NCBI GenBank assembly: GCA_951406725.2
Contig: OX597833.1
Location: 18,786,001 to 18,850,000 of the forward strand
Reading direction: 5' to 3'
DNA from: Octopus vulgaris
Taxonomy: Eukaryota
DNA: 64,000 nt
This document shows positions 13,620-28,450 of the stretch, one piece after another (within the stretch, counting starts at the first letter, position 1; each line of letters begins with the position of its first letter). The notes under the pieces were generated by a model. The model had not been told where the DNA came from. It did not search any database and was given only the letters and a program-made list of their open reading frames with translations. A program made the translations under genes and the position numbers.

Positions 13620-14297
13620 AGTTTGTTATATAGTAAATATAAACAATGTGAAAGCATTTTTACCATATACTACATCAAGATGGACTCAAAAATGATGTAA
13701 TGGCTAAGAGTTCCGAGCAGATGTAGCTGTGCAATTGAGAACAGGTTATTCTTTATTAAAAAGTACAAAAAAAATATGCATGGCTGTGTTGGGAAGAAGT
13801 CTGCTTCCCAACCACATGGTTCCAGGTTCACTCCCACAGTATGGTACCTTGGGCAAGTGTCTACTGCTATAGCTGTGGCCCAAGCAAAACCTTATGAGTG
13901 GATTTGGCAGAGAGAAACTGAAAGAAACCAGTCATATATACATATATATATATATATACATATACACACACATATCGGTGTATGTATCTGTGCTTATCCC
14001 CCCACCGCCTCTTGACAACCAGTGCTGGTGTGTTTACATCCACATAACTTAGTAGTTTGACAAAAGAGAACAACAGAATAAGTATGAGGCCTTTAAAAAA
14101 GAAAGAAAACAAAGAAGTACTGGTGTTCATACATTCAATTAAAAATTCAAGACAGTGCTCCAGTATGGCCACGGACTAAGCAGAAACAAGTAAAATAAGA
14201 CTGTTGGGAGCAAAGCAAAAGTCTACCAGGTGAGCTAAGCCTCTTAATTCAACTTATCTCCATAAAACAGAAAAACATTGATAGTCAATGTGGCTAT

Positions 14298-14690
14298 AGG
14301 CGCAGGAGTGGCTGTGTGGTAAGTAGCTTGTTTACCAACCACATGGTTCCGGATTCAGTCCCACTGCATGGCACCTTGGGCAAGTGTCTTCTACTATAGC
14401 CTCGGGCAGACCAAAGCCTTGTGAGTGGATTTTGTAGACAGAAACTGAAAGAAGCCCGTTGTATATATGTATATATATATATATATATGCGTGCGTGTGT
14501 TTGTCCCTCTAGCATTGCTTGACAACAGATGCTGGTGTGTTTACGTCCCCGTTACTTAGCAGTTCGGCAAAAGAGGCCGATAGAATAAGTACTGGGCTTA
14601 CAAAAGAATAAGTCCCGGGGTCGAGTTGCTCGATTAAAGGCGGTGCTCCAGCATGGCCGCAGTCAAATGACTGAAACAAGTAAAAGAGAG
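14298..14690 (+). mobile_element. tRNA-derived CORE-type SINE (family A), representative full copy
   Basis: A box TGGCTGTGTGG, B box GGATTCAGTCC, CORE-like GGCACCTTGGGCAAGTGTCTT, internal (TA/TG)n and tail CCAGCATGGCCGCAGTCAAATGACTGAAACAAGTAAAAG. Other copies at about 1262-1642(-), 13780-14200(+), 16515-16882(-), 18253-18625(+), 24100-24425(+), 30045-30441(-), 35228-35623(-), 46965-47323(-), 49030-49340(+), 51445-51830(+), 59175-59830(-) and 60650-61036(-), plus many fragments. Confidence 0.92.
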
Positions 14691-17600
14691 AGAGAGTCAC
14701 ATAAAATTGTGCCATACATGCCAACAGCAGAAACAGGAAGCTTCTGGTGAGAGTCAATGACTTTCCAGTGTATTTCTGCAAGGTTGCATTATGTAGAGTG
14801 GAACACTTTATAAGTTTGCCTTAGAATATTCTTTATTTTTTACTTGTTTCAGGCATTGGACTGTGCCCATGCTGGGGCACCAGCTTCAAAGAATTAATCA
14901 GACAAATTGCCCCCCCCCCCCAGTGTTTATTCCAGCAATCTCAATTGTCAAAATACTAATTATGGAAACAAAAAAAACCAACACTGGTTATCGAGCAGTG
15001 AAGCAGGGGCAAACACAAAGACACACCCACACACAGGTATATATATGATAGGCATCTTTCAGTTCCTGTCTATTAAATCCACACACTGGTGCCACGTAAA
15101 AAGTACTCCTGTCAGTACCACATTCAAGCACTCATGCAGTGCCATAATAAAAACACCCGGCACACAGTGAAGTCTTCTTGTCTTGTCTTGAGACAGCATT
15201 CACCCAGGGTGGGTTGAGCTGGCTTCATTCATCCTCAATGCTGCATCTCTCACAAATGCCGATCAGACCTGGCGATTTGAGGCTAACGACCGTGTGATCT
15301 CCAACCACTCCTTATTCCAGCGGCAAACGCCGTAGATATGGGGGCCTAGGTTGGGTTCCAGATCAACCTTGACTGTCATCAGCCAGGTTTTTCGTTGTCC
15401 ACCACATCGCTTTCGCCAACCCTGAAGTGAAGTGGTTGGTGTTAGGAAGGGCATCCAGCCATAGAAACAAAGCCAAATCAGACTGGAACCTGATACAACT
15501 CTCTGGCTTGCCAACTCTGGTCCAACTGCGCAACCCATGCCAGCATGGAAAGCAAACATTAGAGGATGACAATGATGATGAAGGTTTTGGTCAGTCCAGG
15601 GCTACAGTAAAAGATACTTGTCAAAGGCACCATGCAGTGGTTGAGAAGCAAAGTTCAGTAAATATTCCATAAAGGACCCTTTTGTGCCTCGGTGTGAAAT
15701 AATGTTTTTCTACAGGGTTTTTCAAGCGTATTCAACATATCTGACCTCCAATCTTGCTGCAGGCCACTCTTTTCCAGAAAAGAAAGAAGGGAGGGGTAGT
15801 GGGGACCTGGGAGTTTCCCAGCGATGGACTTTTGTTTTGCAGGGTTTTTTTTTCTTTTCCAGGTTATTTCGCATGCTTTCAACGAATGTGACATCAAAAT
15901 TACGTGTAAATTACCTAGAAAAGGAAAAATTTGGCTGCTATTTTTAGCACGCCCTGCTACCATGTAACAGTTATTTGCAATAAAGGACCCATTGATATTT
16001 CGCTCTGCAAACATCAAGACGAGGAAAATGTGAGATTCGTTGAAAGCATGGAAAATAATCTGGAAAAGGGGAAAAAAAATAATAAACCCGCGAATTGGTT
16101 CTTAATTAAATATTTACCAAAACTTTACAACTTCTTACCACAAAGCCATACTCGCACCTATTGTATAATTTGACTTTTATAAAAACTAGTTTTACAAATT
16201 TCCCTCATTCCAATTCATTTCTTTACTTGTAATTTCAATTTACCTCTAAGGAGAATGACAAATTCAGACGTTGTGCACTATTAAAAGTGACTGTGTGTGT
16301 TTTTCTGTGTGAATTAATTTCACTTTTATGTATGTAGTTTACTTTACACAATGCTTTGCACTATTTTACCTTCATGGTTCACCTGCTTTATATGCATCTT
16401 AATTCAACACTGAAAATTTAATAAATGTGCACAATTCTAAAGAAAACTATAAAATGAAATAGATTCATACACACGTGCATAACAATTCATATACATACAT
16501 ACAATTCTTTTACTTTCTTTTACTTGCTTCAGTCATTTGACTGCGGCCATGCTGGAGCACCGCCTTCAGTCAAGCAAATCGACCCCAGGACTTATTCTTT
16601 GTAAGCCTAGTACTTATTCTATCGGTCTCTTTTGCTGAACAGCTAAGTTACAGGGACGTAAACACACCAGCATCGGTTATCAAGCGATGTTGGGGAAAAA
16701 AAACACAGACACACAAACATATATACGACGGGCTTCTTTCAGTTTCCATCAACCAAATCCACTCACAAGGCTTTGGTCAGCCCGAGGCTATAGTAGAAGA
16801 CACTTGCCCAAGGTTCCACGCAGTGGGACTAAACCCAGAACCATGTGGTTGGTAAGCAAGCTACTTACCACATAGCCACTCCTTTTGTTGTATACCCAGT
16901 TTGTATATTAACTCCAGATAAGAACAAAGCACTTGTAATGTTGGTTTGCATAAGAGAATGGGCACAAATGGACAGCTATGCTTTATGAGAAACGACTGAA
17001 GCTTGCAAAAAGAGATGATTTGAAAAAGTATAGTAGAATGAACTGATGAGATCAAATCTCAGGATACTGTGCCTCACACTTCGTATCTATTCAACCCTAC
17101 CAGCATGGAAATATGGACATTAAAACTAAGAGGGTTATTACTAGACAATGTAATGGAGTGCATATATCTTATCAGTCATTCAAGTGTTTTTTTTTTGTTT
17201 TGTTATTTTAACTAGAATAGATAAAAGCTGAAAGTTAAATTGGCTTCATTTCTCAAAACAAATTAGATATCTTTTTTTACTTAAGTCATTAGACTTTGGC
17301 CATGGTGGGGTACTGACTTGAAGGGTTTAGTCAAACAAATTGACTCCAGTACTTAAATGTTGGCTTTGCTTCTATTTTCAAGCCTGATACTTAATCTATC
17401 AGTCTCTTTTGCTGAACTGCTAAGTTACAGGTATGTAAGCAAGACAACACTGGTAGTCAAGCAGTGAAGCACAAACAAAAGCCATGCACACACAATAGGC
17501 TTCTTTCTCTTTCCATCTGCCAAATCCACTGACACTTGCCCAAGGTGCCATGCAGTGAGACTGAACCCAGGAACATGTGGTTGAGAAGCAAACATTTAAC

Positions 17601-20600
17601 CACACAGCCATCTTAGTCATTATTAAGCTGGAAATTGGAACATAAATTCATCATCATCATCATCGTTTAGCATCCGCTTTCCATGCTAGCATGGGTTGGA
17701 CGGTACAACTGGGGTCTGGGAAGCCAGAAGGCTGCACCAGGCCCAGTCTGATCTGGCAATGTTTCTACGGCTGGATGCCCTTCCTAACGCCAACCACTCC
17801 GTGAGTGTAGTGGGTGCTTTTATTAACATAAAATTTTAATTTAGATCACTTTGTACAGAAGTACATAGAAGCTGAGGCAGCATTGGGGAGGTTGGTATTC
17901 AAAGGGTTTTAACCTAATATCCTTGAAGTTACTACCTCTTCCTAATTCTGTATATTAGACCTTGTATTTAATTAATGATTTCAAAGATATTTCTAAATCC
18001 ACATTAACACTGTTCAATGATCCTAACAGTTCAACAAGGTCGACAGTTTTATCTAGTGGAGCAACATAGCCAAGTCAGTAGATAAAAAGTCCCACAAGTC
18101 TGTCAGGCTAATAAACATGACAGCCGGTGATGTATTTTGTAGGGCCACATTTGTCTTAAGGACCCAATAGAGATGATTAACCATTCAGCATTCAGATCAC
18201 TTGTTAAATTTAATGCTTGTTTATCCACATTGTTTTGAATTAACCATGCATTAGGCACAGGAGTGGCTATGTGGTAAGAAGCTTGCTTCCCAATTACATG
18301 GTTCTGGATTCAGTCCCACTGTGTGTCACCTTGGGCAAGTGTCTTCTATAGCCTCAGGCCAACCAAAGCCTTGAGTGGATTTGGTAGACAGAAACTGAAA
18401 GAAGCCTGTCATATATATATATACATATGTGTGTATATGTCAGTATTTGTCTCTCCATCACCACTTGACAACTGGTGTTGGTGTGTTTACATCCCCATAA
18501 CTTAGCAGTACAGCAAAAGGAACCAATAGAATAAGTACTAAGTCCTGAGGTCGATTTGTTCAACTAAAACCTTCATGACAGTGCTCCAGCATGGCCAGTC
18601 AAATGACAAACAAGTAAAAGAATAAAAGAATTATCTCACAGCTTCAAGGTTTCGGTAATGTGATTTTATATTTAGAACAACATTGTAGAGTAGGTGCAAA
18701 GGCAGGATCTGGCTGGTTTAAACAGAAAACAGCTAGAATTTTGGGACGAGATATGGCTAAAGGATCAAAGTGCAACAAACCCTATCTGAGAATGTCTTTA
18801 CCTAGTTTGGTACATATTTGCAGTTAACTGAAGCCAACAAGAAAATGCATTTTATCTAGAAACAAAATTCCTACTGAGATTCATATGACCTTTTGCCTGT
18901 TCAATACATTTTCATAAGTTTGTCCTAAATGTCCAAACTTGTTTTCAGGTTTTTAGTTTGTATATGAAGAATGTTGTCAGGCAAACCAAAGCTAGTAGAT
19001 TCCTGTATCTTCCATTGATTCACTGCAAACATAGTAACAATCCAATTCAGTTTGAGTTAGTTTATCTGACAGGCAACAGGCATGGCTGTAGGCTAAGATG
19101 TTTGCCTCCCAATCACAATTTTGGGTCTAATCCCACTGTGGCACCTTGGGCACATCTTTTGCTATAGCCCCACAGCAGACCAAAGCCTTGTGAGCAGAAA
19201 CTGAAGCAACTAGCCACCCTACCTGAGAATGTCTTTACCTAGTTTGTCCTATATGTCCACACTTCCCTCTCTCTCTTTCGGAGAGGCACTGAGCAGCTAT
19301 ACGCACACATTCACACACGGTAGTAACTTCCACCTACCGAATTCAATCACAAAGCTTCGGTCGACTCGGGGCTATAGCGGAAGACACCTACCCAAAGTGC
19401 CACGCAGTGGGACTGAACCTGAAACCATGTAGTTGGGAAGCAAGCTCCCTAACCACACAGCCATGCCCGCTTGTTTTCAGGATTTTAGTTAGACCTTATT
19501 TCATATATTCTGAGCAATATAAAGCTTTCATTTTCATAAGTCCCAAGTTACTCTGGTGGTTGAGAAAAACTGGGAATGTATATCACATATGATGCATGGG
19601 TGAAGGGAAATATGCCGTGTGTGCCGCATAAGATACTTAGGACTGGAAAGCAGTTATTGAAATACAAACGCAATGTTTTATAAACACAACAACATTACTA
19701 ACTGCTAAATGAAGAATGTTGTCAGCTAGGTAAGCTGAAGCTAGTCGATTCCCATACTTATTCACTACAAACAATGACAACATAATTCAGTCTGAGTCAG
19801 TTTATCTGACAAGCAACAGCCATAGCTGTAGGCAAAGACGCTTGCTCTCGATCACATGATTTTGGGTTCAATTCCATTGTGGTACCTTGGGCAAGTGTCT
19901 TCTGCTAAAGCCTCCGACCAAAGCCTTATGAGCAGAAAATGAAAGAAACCTCACTGTAACCGTCTGTGTGTTATTGTTACCTTGTCTTCACATGATGTGT
20001 AATAGTTGTATGCAAGTGTCACCGTCATGCAACTAGCATCCTTTGTTTCCAGTCTTCCAAGACACACCTGGTCACGGGGAAATATAAACTTCACTTTGAA
20101 CCAGGTGTGTGTTGACAACAGGATGGGCATTCAGCCACAGGAAATCTGTCGACAAATTCTGTCTGACCCATACAAGCATGAAAAAGTGGATGTTAACAAT
20201 GACAACAGTCACTATTCTGAATAACATCCAGCTTTAAAATCAATTAGTCAGACACCATACAAATATTTAAATTTGTGGAAGCTATTTTACCAATATCCAT
20301 TTTGAAGATGGACATATAAACAGGAGGAGTAAAAGATTGATTTCAAATTTTGGCACAAGGCCAGCAAGCTCAAGAGAGGGAGTAAGTTGATTGCATCAGC
20401 TCCAGTCTTCAACTGATACTTATTTCATCAACCCCAAAAGGATGAAAGGCAAAGTTAACCTCAATGGAATGATGGATGAAATGCTGCTTTGTATTTTGCC
20501 CAGCTCAGAAACGATTCTGCCAGCTTGCCACCTTGCAGGAGGAATAAACTATTGAAATTTTAACTAACATATTCAAAACAATAACACGCCTCAAAAGGAT

Positions 20601-20887
20601 TTTGGAAAACATGATATTCATAAATAAGATCCAACTTTATAACCTTTTCTACTGTTAAGCTTCTTAACACAAAATTACTTTAAAAAAAAAACCATTTCCA
20701 GATGTTGCACATAAAGATCAATAAGCCAGTGGTACAGAGAACAGACCGAAAGATAATACTTCTGCCTTTGAGATGTGTAGCAAGCTTTGCTTCTGTGGGA
20801 AAGATCAAATTATGAAGTGAAGGGATTCACATCTATTAAAAAAATTAAAATCTCAAAACTATTTGAAAAGAAATAGCATAGGCAAAA

Positions 20888-21118
20888 TCGGTGGCACGTT
20901 AAAAGCACCATCCGATCGTGGCCGTTTGCCAGCCTCGTCTGGCACGTGAAAAGCACCCACTACACTCATGGAGTGGTTGGCGTTAGGAAGGGCATCCAGC
21001 CATAGAAACATTGCCAGATCAGACTGGGCCTGGTGCAACCTTCTGGTTTCCCAGACCCCAGTTGAACCGTCCAACCCATGCCAGCATGGAAGCCGGGCGC
21101 TAAACGACGATGATGATG
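20888..21118 (+). mobile_element. Abundant retroposon family B with (GAT)n tail, representative copy
   Basis: GGTGGCACGT..AAGCACC...GGTTGGCGTTAGGAAGGGCATCCAGC...CCAACCCATGCYAGCATGGAAA..CGTTAAACGATGATGAT. It recurs more than 20 times, e.g. 9845-10095, 17650-17820, 23580-23860, 29113-29290, 36000-36460, 37085-37340, 54420-54830, 57380-57690, 59410-59680, 60080-60395 and 62545-62780. Confidence 0.85.
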
Positions 21119-22446
21119 TGTACATGCATGCATGTGTATATATCTATGCGTGTGCGCACATGCGTGTATGCCTGTATATATGTATATATACAGGTGCAGG
21201 CATGGATGCGAGGTTAAGAGGTTTGCTTCCCAACCACATGATTTTGGGTTCAGTACCATTGCATGGCAACTTGGGTTGACCAATGCCCTGTGAATAAATT
21301 TGGTAGATTGGAAACTGAAAGAAGCCCATCTTGTGTATACATGTGCGTGTATCATCATGTCATTATTTACTGTCTGCTTTCCATGCTGGCAAGGATTAGA
21401 TGGTTTGACTGGAACTGGTAAGCTGGAGAGCTGCACCAGGTTCCAGTCTGATTTGGGATGGTTTCTACAGCTGAATGCCCTTCCTAACACCAACCACTCC
21501 AAGAGTGTAATGGGTGCTTTTTACATGCCACCGGCACAGGTACCTAACCCTAACCGACGTCAGCCACAACTATGATTTCACTTGGCTTGACGAGTCTTCT
21601 CAACACGGCATATGGCCAAAGGTCTCGATTACCTATCAACTCCGTGAGGCCTGACATTCGATGGTTGCATTTTATGCACCACCAGCACGAGTACCTGTTA
21701 CATGACACTGGTATCAGCCACAACTATGGTTTCACTTGGCTTGACAGGTCCTTTCAAGCACAGCATATCACTAAAGATCTCAATCACTTACAACTGCCTC
21801 TGTAAGGCCCAACATTCAAAGATCATGCTTCACCACCTCATCCCAGAGTTATGTATATGTATGTATTGTGTTTGTCCCCCACCACCAGTAGTCAAGCAAT
21901 GTCAGTTTGTTCATAGTCTCCAAAATTTAGCACTTCAACAAAAGAGTAAGAGACTTCAAAAATACATTCTGTAGTCTATTTGACAAAGACCTATCAATGG
22001 GGTGGTACTCCAGCATGGTCAATGACTGAAACAAGTAAAAACTAAAGATATGTTAAACATTATTACTTGGCAAAACGCACACTGAATTTTATTTACTGTT
22101 GAGACTTTCTAATCTAATCACTTTAGCAAAAGAAGGGAGCAATTGACTTACTAAAAAGAACAGCCAAATCTCCCTTAAAAAAAAAAAGAAAAGACACGGT
22201 AGATGTTACCAGTCTTGATAAATCTGAAGACATGACAGTTACAGTTGGAATACACAGACAGGGCTGACTGAAGTTTTTAGATATATTCCTTTATTCTTGT
22301 ATTCTTTTACTTGTTTCATTCTTTGCTCTGTGGCCAAACGAATCGAATCCAGTCCTTTTATTTTTGAAGCCCAATAGTTATTTTATTGGACTCTTTTGTC
22401 AAACTGCTAAGTTATGGTGATATAAACACAAAGACTTGCACACATA

Positions 22447-23575
22447 CAAGGTGCGTAAGGTATTTGAGGACATACTTTTTTGGGTCACTGCTGCATTTTT
22501 TGCTAACTCTGTATATCTGTTTCAGAAAATAATAGCAGTTAAGCAATTTACTCAAGAAATGAAGAGGCATGCTATTATTGTGGTTGAGCATAGCAAGTTA
22601 AAAATATCTCGATTTTTAAAAGTTGCCAGATCTTTCGTTTACAAAGTTTGTAAGGAGTTAGAGACTGAAGATGGAAATGTACCACCAGTATCAAAGCATA
22701 AAAAACATTCTAAATGCTCTGAAATCATCAGAACACCTGAAATTATCCAGTAAGTTCAACAGACCATTGATTACAATTCCAGAAAGTCTATGAGATCAAT
22801 TGCAAAAGATCTCCAAATGTCAGAAGGAACAGTCAGAAATGTCGTCCACGAAGACATCAGATATAAGTCTTATATGATGAGGAAAGGTCAATTTGTCAGA
22901 AAAAGCAAAAGAAAATCACTACATCAGATCTAAAAGGCTCTTAAACAAACTGAAAAATCCAGCAGAAGATTCAATTCGGTTTTTCTCAAAACGAGAAAAC
23001 TTTGACCAAGGTCAAAAAGTTAACAGAAGAAATGACAGATGGTTATGTGCAGACCCTTCTGAAATTCTAAGTGTTATGCATACAAAATTTCCAACTGTCA
23101 TGGTTTTAGGAGTTGTCAGCAATGTGATGTTTCTTTACTTCTTTCCACAATGCTGCCTACATTGAGGTCCTGGAAATAACTATTAAGCTCCGGATAGACA
23201 ATGGAAAGCCATGTGTTTCAGTAAGACTCTGCACTATCACACATGGCTCTACTAACAGAAATGGATGGCTAAAAATTTTCATGATCACATAACCCCTAAT
23301 ATTTGGCCTCCTAATTCCCCAGATCTCAATCCATTGGACTAATACATGCAGAGCGTTGTTGAGCGTGAGGGCAATGAACATGCCCATAACACCAAAGATT
23401 CTTCAAAAGCTGCCATAGGCAATGTCCAGAATGAACCAGGACCACTTGATTCAAGCATGTAGATGATTTAGATCTCATATAGAAGCAATTGTTGAAGCTG
23501 AAGGTGGCTTTATTGAATAGCACTAAAGAAAAGAAGGTTTATTTTTATCCTCTTAGCATGTTTTGATAAACAAAA
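22447..23575 (+). mobile_element. Decayed Tc1/mariner-superfamily (maT/DD37D-like) transposon
   Basis: Broken transposase: MKRHAIIV...ISRFLKVARSFVYKV...SMRSIAKDLQMSEGTVRNVVHEDIRYKSY...NRRNDRWL...WPPNSPDLNPLD. Stops and frameshifts present. Confidence 0.88.
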
Positions 23576-26500
23576 TTCATCATCATCATTGTTTAACGTC
23601 CGCTTTCCATGCTAGCATGGGTGGACAATTTGACTGAGGACCGGCAAACTATATGGCTGCACCAGACTCCAATCTGATCTGGCAGAGTTTGTTTCTACAG
23701 CTGGATGCCCTTCCTAACACCAACCACTCCAAGAGTGTAGTGGGTGCTTTTACGTGTCACAAGCACAAAGACCAGTCAGGTGGTACTGGCAACGGCCACG
23801 CTCAAATGGTGTTTTTTACATGCCACCTGCAGCACTGGCAACAACCTCGCTCAAATGTTTTTTATCATTATTATCTATTATTATAGATGTTTTTTATGAA
23901 CATAAATCTGTCCTCAAATATCTTATGCACCCTGCATATCATGGGCTTCTTTCAGTTTCTGCCTACCAAATCCACTCACAAGGCTGTACTTAGCCCAAGG
24001 TATCACACAGTGGGACTGAACCCACAACTGTGATGGGAGAGCAAACTTCTTATCACATGGTCATACCTACACCTATATATATGTGTGTAAGTATAGTTGT
24101 GTGGTTCAATCCCACTCCATGGCACCTTGAGCAAGTATCTACTACAGACCCAGGCTGACCAGTGCCTTATGAGAAAATTTGGTAGACAGAAAATGTGTAG
24201 AAGTCCATTGTGTGTGTGTGTGCGCGCGTTCATGTTTGTCCCTCGTCCATTGCTTGACAACCAGTGTTGATTTAATATTTCCATAACTTAGCAGTTCAAC
24301 AGCAGAGACTGATATAATTAAATGCCAGACTTAAAAATATGTACTAGGGTTGATTTGTTTGATAAAACCCTCAAAGGCGGTGCCCCAGCATGGCCACAGT
24401 CCAATGAATGAAACAAGTAAAAGATAAAAATATATCTGTATATACACATATGCACACACAATTTTCAACATCCTTTTCCATTTCCATTGAGAGTAGTCCA
24501 CAGTATAAGAGATATGCACTCAATACTGAGAAATCTGAATTCTAGAGTGATAAAAGGCAAGTCATCTCATCCCAAGGAGGTCTTACAACTGCTTACCCTT
24601 TAGCATTCAGATTCCTGTCAAGTGTAAATGTCTGTTTTCCATGCTGGCATAGGTTAGACAGTTTGACAGGAGCTGACCAGCTGAAGGGCTGTTCAAGATC
24701 CATGTCTGTTTTGGCATGGTTTTTACAGCTGGATGCTCTTCCTAAGACCAACCACTCCAAGAGTGTAATGGGTGTACCAATCCAAGACAGTGGATTGAGG
24801 GAATCTTAATAAAGTTAGACTGGATTCTTTCAATATTTGTTCTGGCCCTTTGAAGATCCAGCTTTGGCCTACTTGGGTTGTAAAGACTTAACCTGTCGTC
24901 TGAGTCAACACCACCACCCGACAACTTGAGTACCTCTCAGCAGAGTCCACTCTGTTGCAAGCATCCAGCAGCCAGGCTTCCCAGTTTGATGATCATTTCC
25001 CACCTCCCTTCCAACAGTCTTAGGTCCCTGTAAAGCAGTGGTACCCAACCATTTTTTTTTTTTGCCTATGGACCCCTTTGATTCCTATTTACTCTACTGG
25101 ACCTTCATAGATAGCTATTCAATGTATATAAAAAGCAAAATCCTGCTCTATTTTCCTAATTAAATATTATTAGGAATTGTATAAGAAAAAAATTTTTTAT
25201 ATTTTGTGTATTGTTGAAGCATAAGCAATTTATTTACACATGCATTTTAACAATAAAATCTTATAAGGACATCCAAGGGCCTATGGACCCCAGTTGGGAA
25301 CCAATGGTATAAAGGCAGTCTCCTTCCCTCCTGACTAAAAAAAAAAAAACTTGATGCAAGATCAAGCTTTTCAATGAAATGAATGTGGTCGATTGAATCG
25401 ATCACATGCTTATTACTGATGTTTGTTTATTGATTCTGAAGGGAAGCGAAAGGCAAAATTAACCAGGAAGGATCACTTTCGACGGGAAAATTTATGAAAG
25501 CAAAGATAATTATAAAACTTTTAGTAGGGATAACAAGGTCCTCTGACCTATCGTATCCTGTTGAACAAGCCAACCATACCAACATGGGTAAAGGACTTGA
25601 CGGTGATGATGGATCCTTCTGTAAAAGTGCAAGCTCGAATGCTTACATCTTAAATGCATACAGATTTGTCACATAACTAACATGCAGGAGGTTCGTTAAG
25701 TATCAATGTTGTGAACAAGTTGCCACATGAATGAATGCACACGAAGGGTTTAAGCTGTCAGCACCTCTATTCTTTTGAAAAATATCGTAAATAATACGAT
25801 ATTATTTTTTTTTAAACCACTTAAGTAATCAAATAACCATCTGGAAGGAAGTAGTCTAATATGTATTTATATTTCACTAACTATAGTAATAAGAGTCACA
25901 CAACTTATACTTCATGCATACACTTGCAATTAAATAATACGGGTGAGAAATTATAATAACTTGAACAGTTATGCAAATATAAACGTTTGTAAATGCATAT
26001 ATGTATGTGTGCGTGTAGGTAGATAGAGAGATAGATAGATGGATGGATGAGGTACACAACGCTTCACGATGCGAATGATTTAAATACGAAACAAATACTT
26101 ATTACTGCACGTGTAGCTGTGTCAAAAAGTTTTTTTTTTCACACGTGTATAATATATACATATATACATGAAGTTTATTTACTTACCCACCGAATTAAAT
26201 TTATACTAAGGTTAACGGCCTTCTTAAGTGCACGATTTCAACAACAACAAAAACAGATGTTCAAAGAGAGAAATACTCAACATTATTTTAATTTTAAATA
26301 GATTTATTTATGCATGCTCTTTCGAGATTATTTTTGCGTAGCTTTTATTTCATTTCTCGAGTGTAAAGAAATATAGGACACAAAATTAACACATAGAGAT
26401 TTTCAGAGATTTTTTATAAAAGCAATTTATTAGCTATTTTTAAACTAGCGATTTTCAAATATGAAACGACCGACCAAGCCTTCGCATGTATATGTATGCT

Positions 26501-27840
26501 AGAACACACAGTTGTGCTTGCTTGAATGCAATGAAGTTGAATTTATTAAGTCTGATATGGGCCAACAGCAAGCGATACTAGGACAAGCAAGAGATACTAA
26601 CAAGTCTCCAATAAACGCGCGCGCGAATACTACACGCTCGCTCTCACACACACACATCTATCCCTCTCTCTCTATACATATATAGAGAGGAGATAAGACG
26701 AGGAGTGGGGGCTAAGCGGTTGGAATAATAAAGAAACCAAAGAAAATGGGGAAAGATAAATATTATCTAGATTATTGATTATAATGTGAATATTCACAAG
26801 ACTGTGTAATACGCTTTTTCCTCTGTTATGTATAGAATGTGTGTGTGTGCGTGAGTGTGAGTGTATGTATAGGCGCGTTTTAAATACACGTGTTGTCTAT
26901 TCAATAGGGGAATTAAATTGACATTATAACAGTTGTTGCATATTACGTACATACACACGCAAGTATTTATATATATATATATATATATATATAGTGACAT
27001 TGTATAACAGTTGTCAGAGTAACATAGCATGTATATTTACACAACGGTCAGAACCAACGGCAGCCTGTTCCCGTCAAGATGTAATTTTTTTTATCGATCT
27101 TAAAATGTATGTGTATGTGATAGTTCTTTTTGTTTTTTCTAATAATTTGCACTTCTACTGGTTAAAGATAAAGAAACGGTGTCATGACACACAAAAAAAG
27201 AAACCGGTTTTTAAAAAAAAAACTAGCTATATTCATGTGTGTGTGTTTGTACATGTGTACGCAAGTATACCAGCATCATAACTGATTACTTTATTAGTTT
27301 CCAGAGAGAAAACGTGTGGCTGGTTTGAAAGTAGGACGACTGGTGATGTTATCGATTTAAATTAATTAAATAAAAAACAGTTCATTAAGCTCATATTCAA
27401 ATTATAATCTGAGAGAAAATAAAAATAAGTTTAATTTTTAGCATCTTTAAGATGGCTGTTGGGGAAACGGAAAGTAATAATTTGAAAGCCGAATATCCTA
27501 AACATGAAATTTTCATCATGAAGAAATAAGATATTGATCTTCAAACTGTTAATTATTGTTAGTGATATCATCATCGGTATGGAATATAAAAGATTTTCAA
27601 ACATTCAACGTCTGAAAAATATTTCATTTCCAAGAAAAAGAAATGTGATTAGCTCGAAATAATAACTCGTAGTATTAAACTATTTAACCGCCACAACTAC
27701 ATTAAGCGAATTAGCGCAATTTCAGATATCCTGTGAATGAACTGAATAAGTTTAGAATACATGCGAAGGAAAATCGCTGTGGTTACCACCTGAAAATAAG
27801 GAAATAATTAAATAAGTTTGTCGCCAAAGTTAAAACTTAC

Positions 27841-27850
27841 CTGACTCCAT
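27841..27850 (-). CDS. RNMT: RNMT coding exon 1 (M-E-S plus 1 nt)
   Basis: Minus strand ATG GAG TCA G|GTAAGT. Phase 1 joins the exon starting at 12452 (G+AA = Glu) with no stop. Confidence 0.7.
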
Positions 27851-28112
27851 GCTTTGTATTGAGCGCTAGGATAATGAGCCGTAAATGGGTTCCAAACTGT
27901 CGTAATAGCCCCGCGCTACCGGTTGTAATTCTTAACTTACCAAACGCTACCGTAAACATTCACATGTCGTTCCTATTAAAGGCAATCTTTCTGGCCTTTT
28001 GTCTTTTTCTCAGAAGCAACCTCTTCTATGATCATTCAATGCTACAAAAGACATACTTATTACAATGAATATTTATCTTAATTAGACGTTGGAATTTTTT
28101 TTATTTTATATA

Positions 28113-28156
<44 letters not shown>

Positions 28157-28450
28157 TATAATTTTGGGGTTTTACGTTTTAAAATTTATTTTAGTAAACC
28201 TTTTTTTTTTTACATATAAAATTTATTTCTCTTGACATTTCGTTGGAAATAGTAAAACAAAATTTAACGTCTTGCTTTAAAATAGTTGGATTAATGCGCA
28301 TTTTCATTCATAGCTTTCGACGTTGAAATCCTAGAGCAGCCAAGCGTGTCGTTGAAGATGTGCCCTGATTGACACGGGTTGTTGACTGCTCTGAACATGT
28401 ACTGCAGCTAATTTAGTTAACCGTACCCGTTCCCTTAGCATCTATGGCGT
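27850..28450. promoter_or_regulatory. CpG-rich RNMT promoter region, possibly bidirectional
   Basis: Visible CpG enrichment relative to the introns, unique sequence, and position immediately upstream of RNMT exon 1. Confidence 0.55.
27941..27990 (-). other. RNMT: Probable non-coding first exon of RNMT (5' boundary approximate)
   Basis: Minus strand reads CGTTTG|GTAAGT with the donor at 27940. A 75-nt intron ends at ...ctcattatcctag| (27866). It lies in a CpG-rich region. Confidence 0.5.

Noticed and set aside
20966-21502. 178-aa ORF and the many similar RLWSARGYSRRHLPKVP / WLALGRASS ORFs
   Set aside because: They are translations of SINE families A and B recurring throughout the window.
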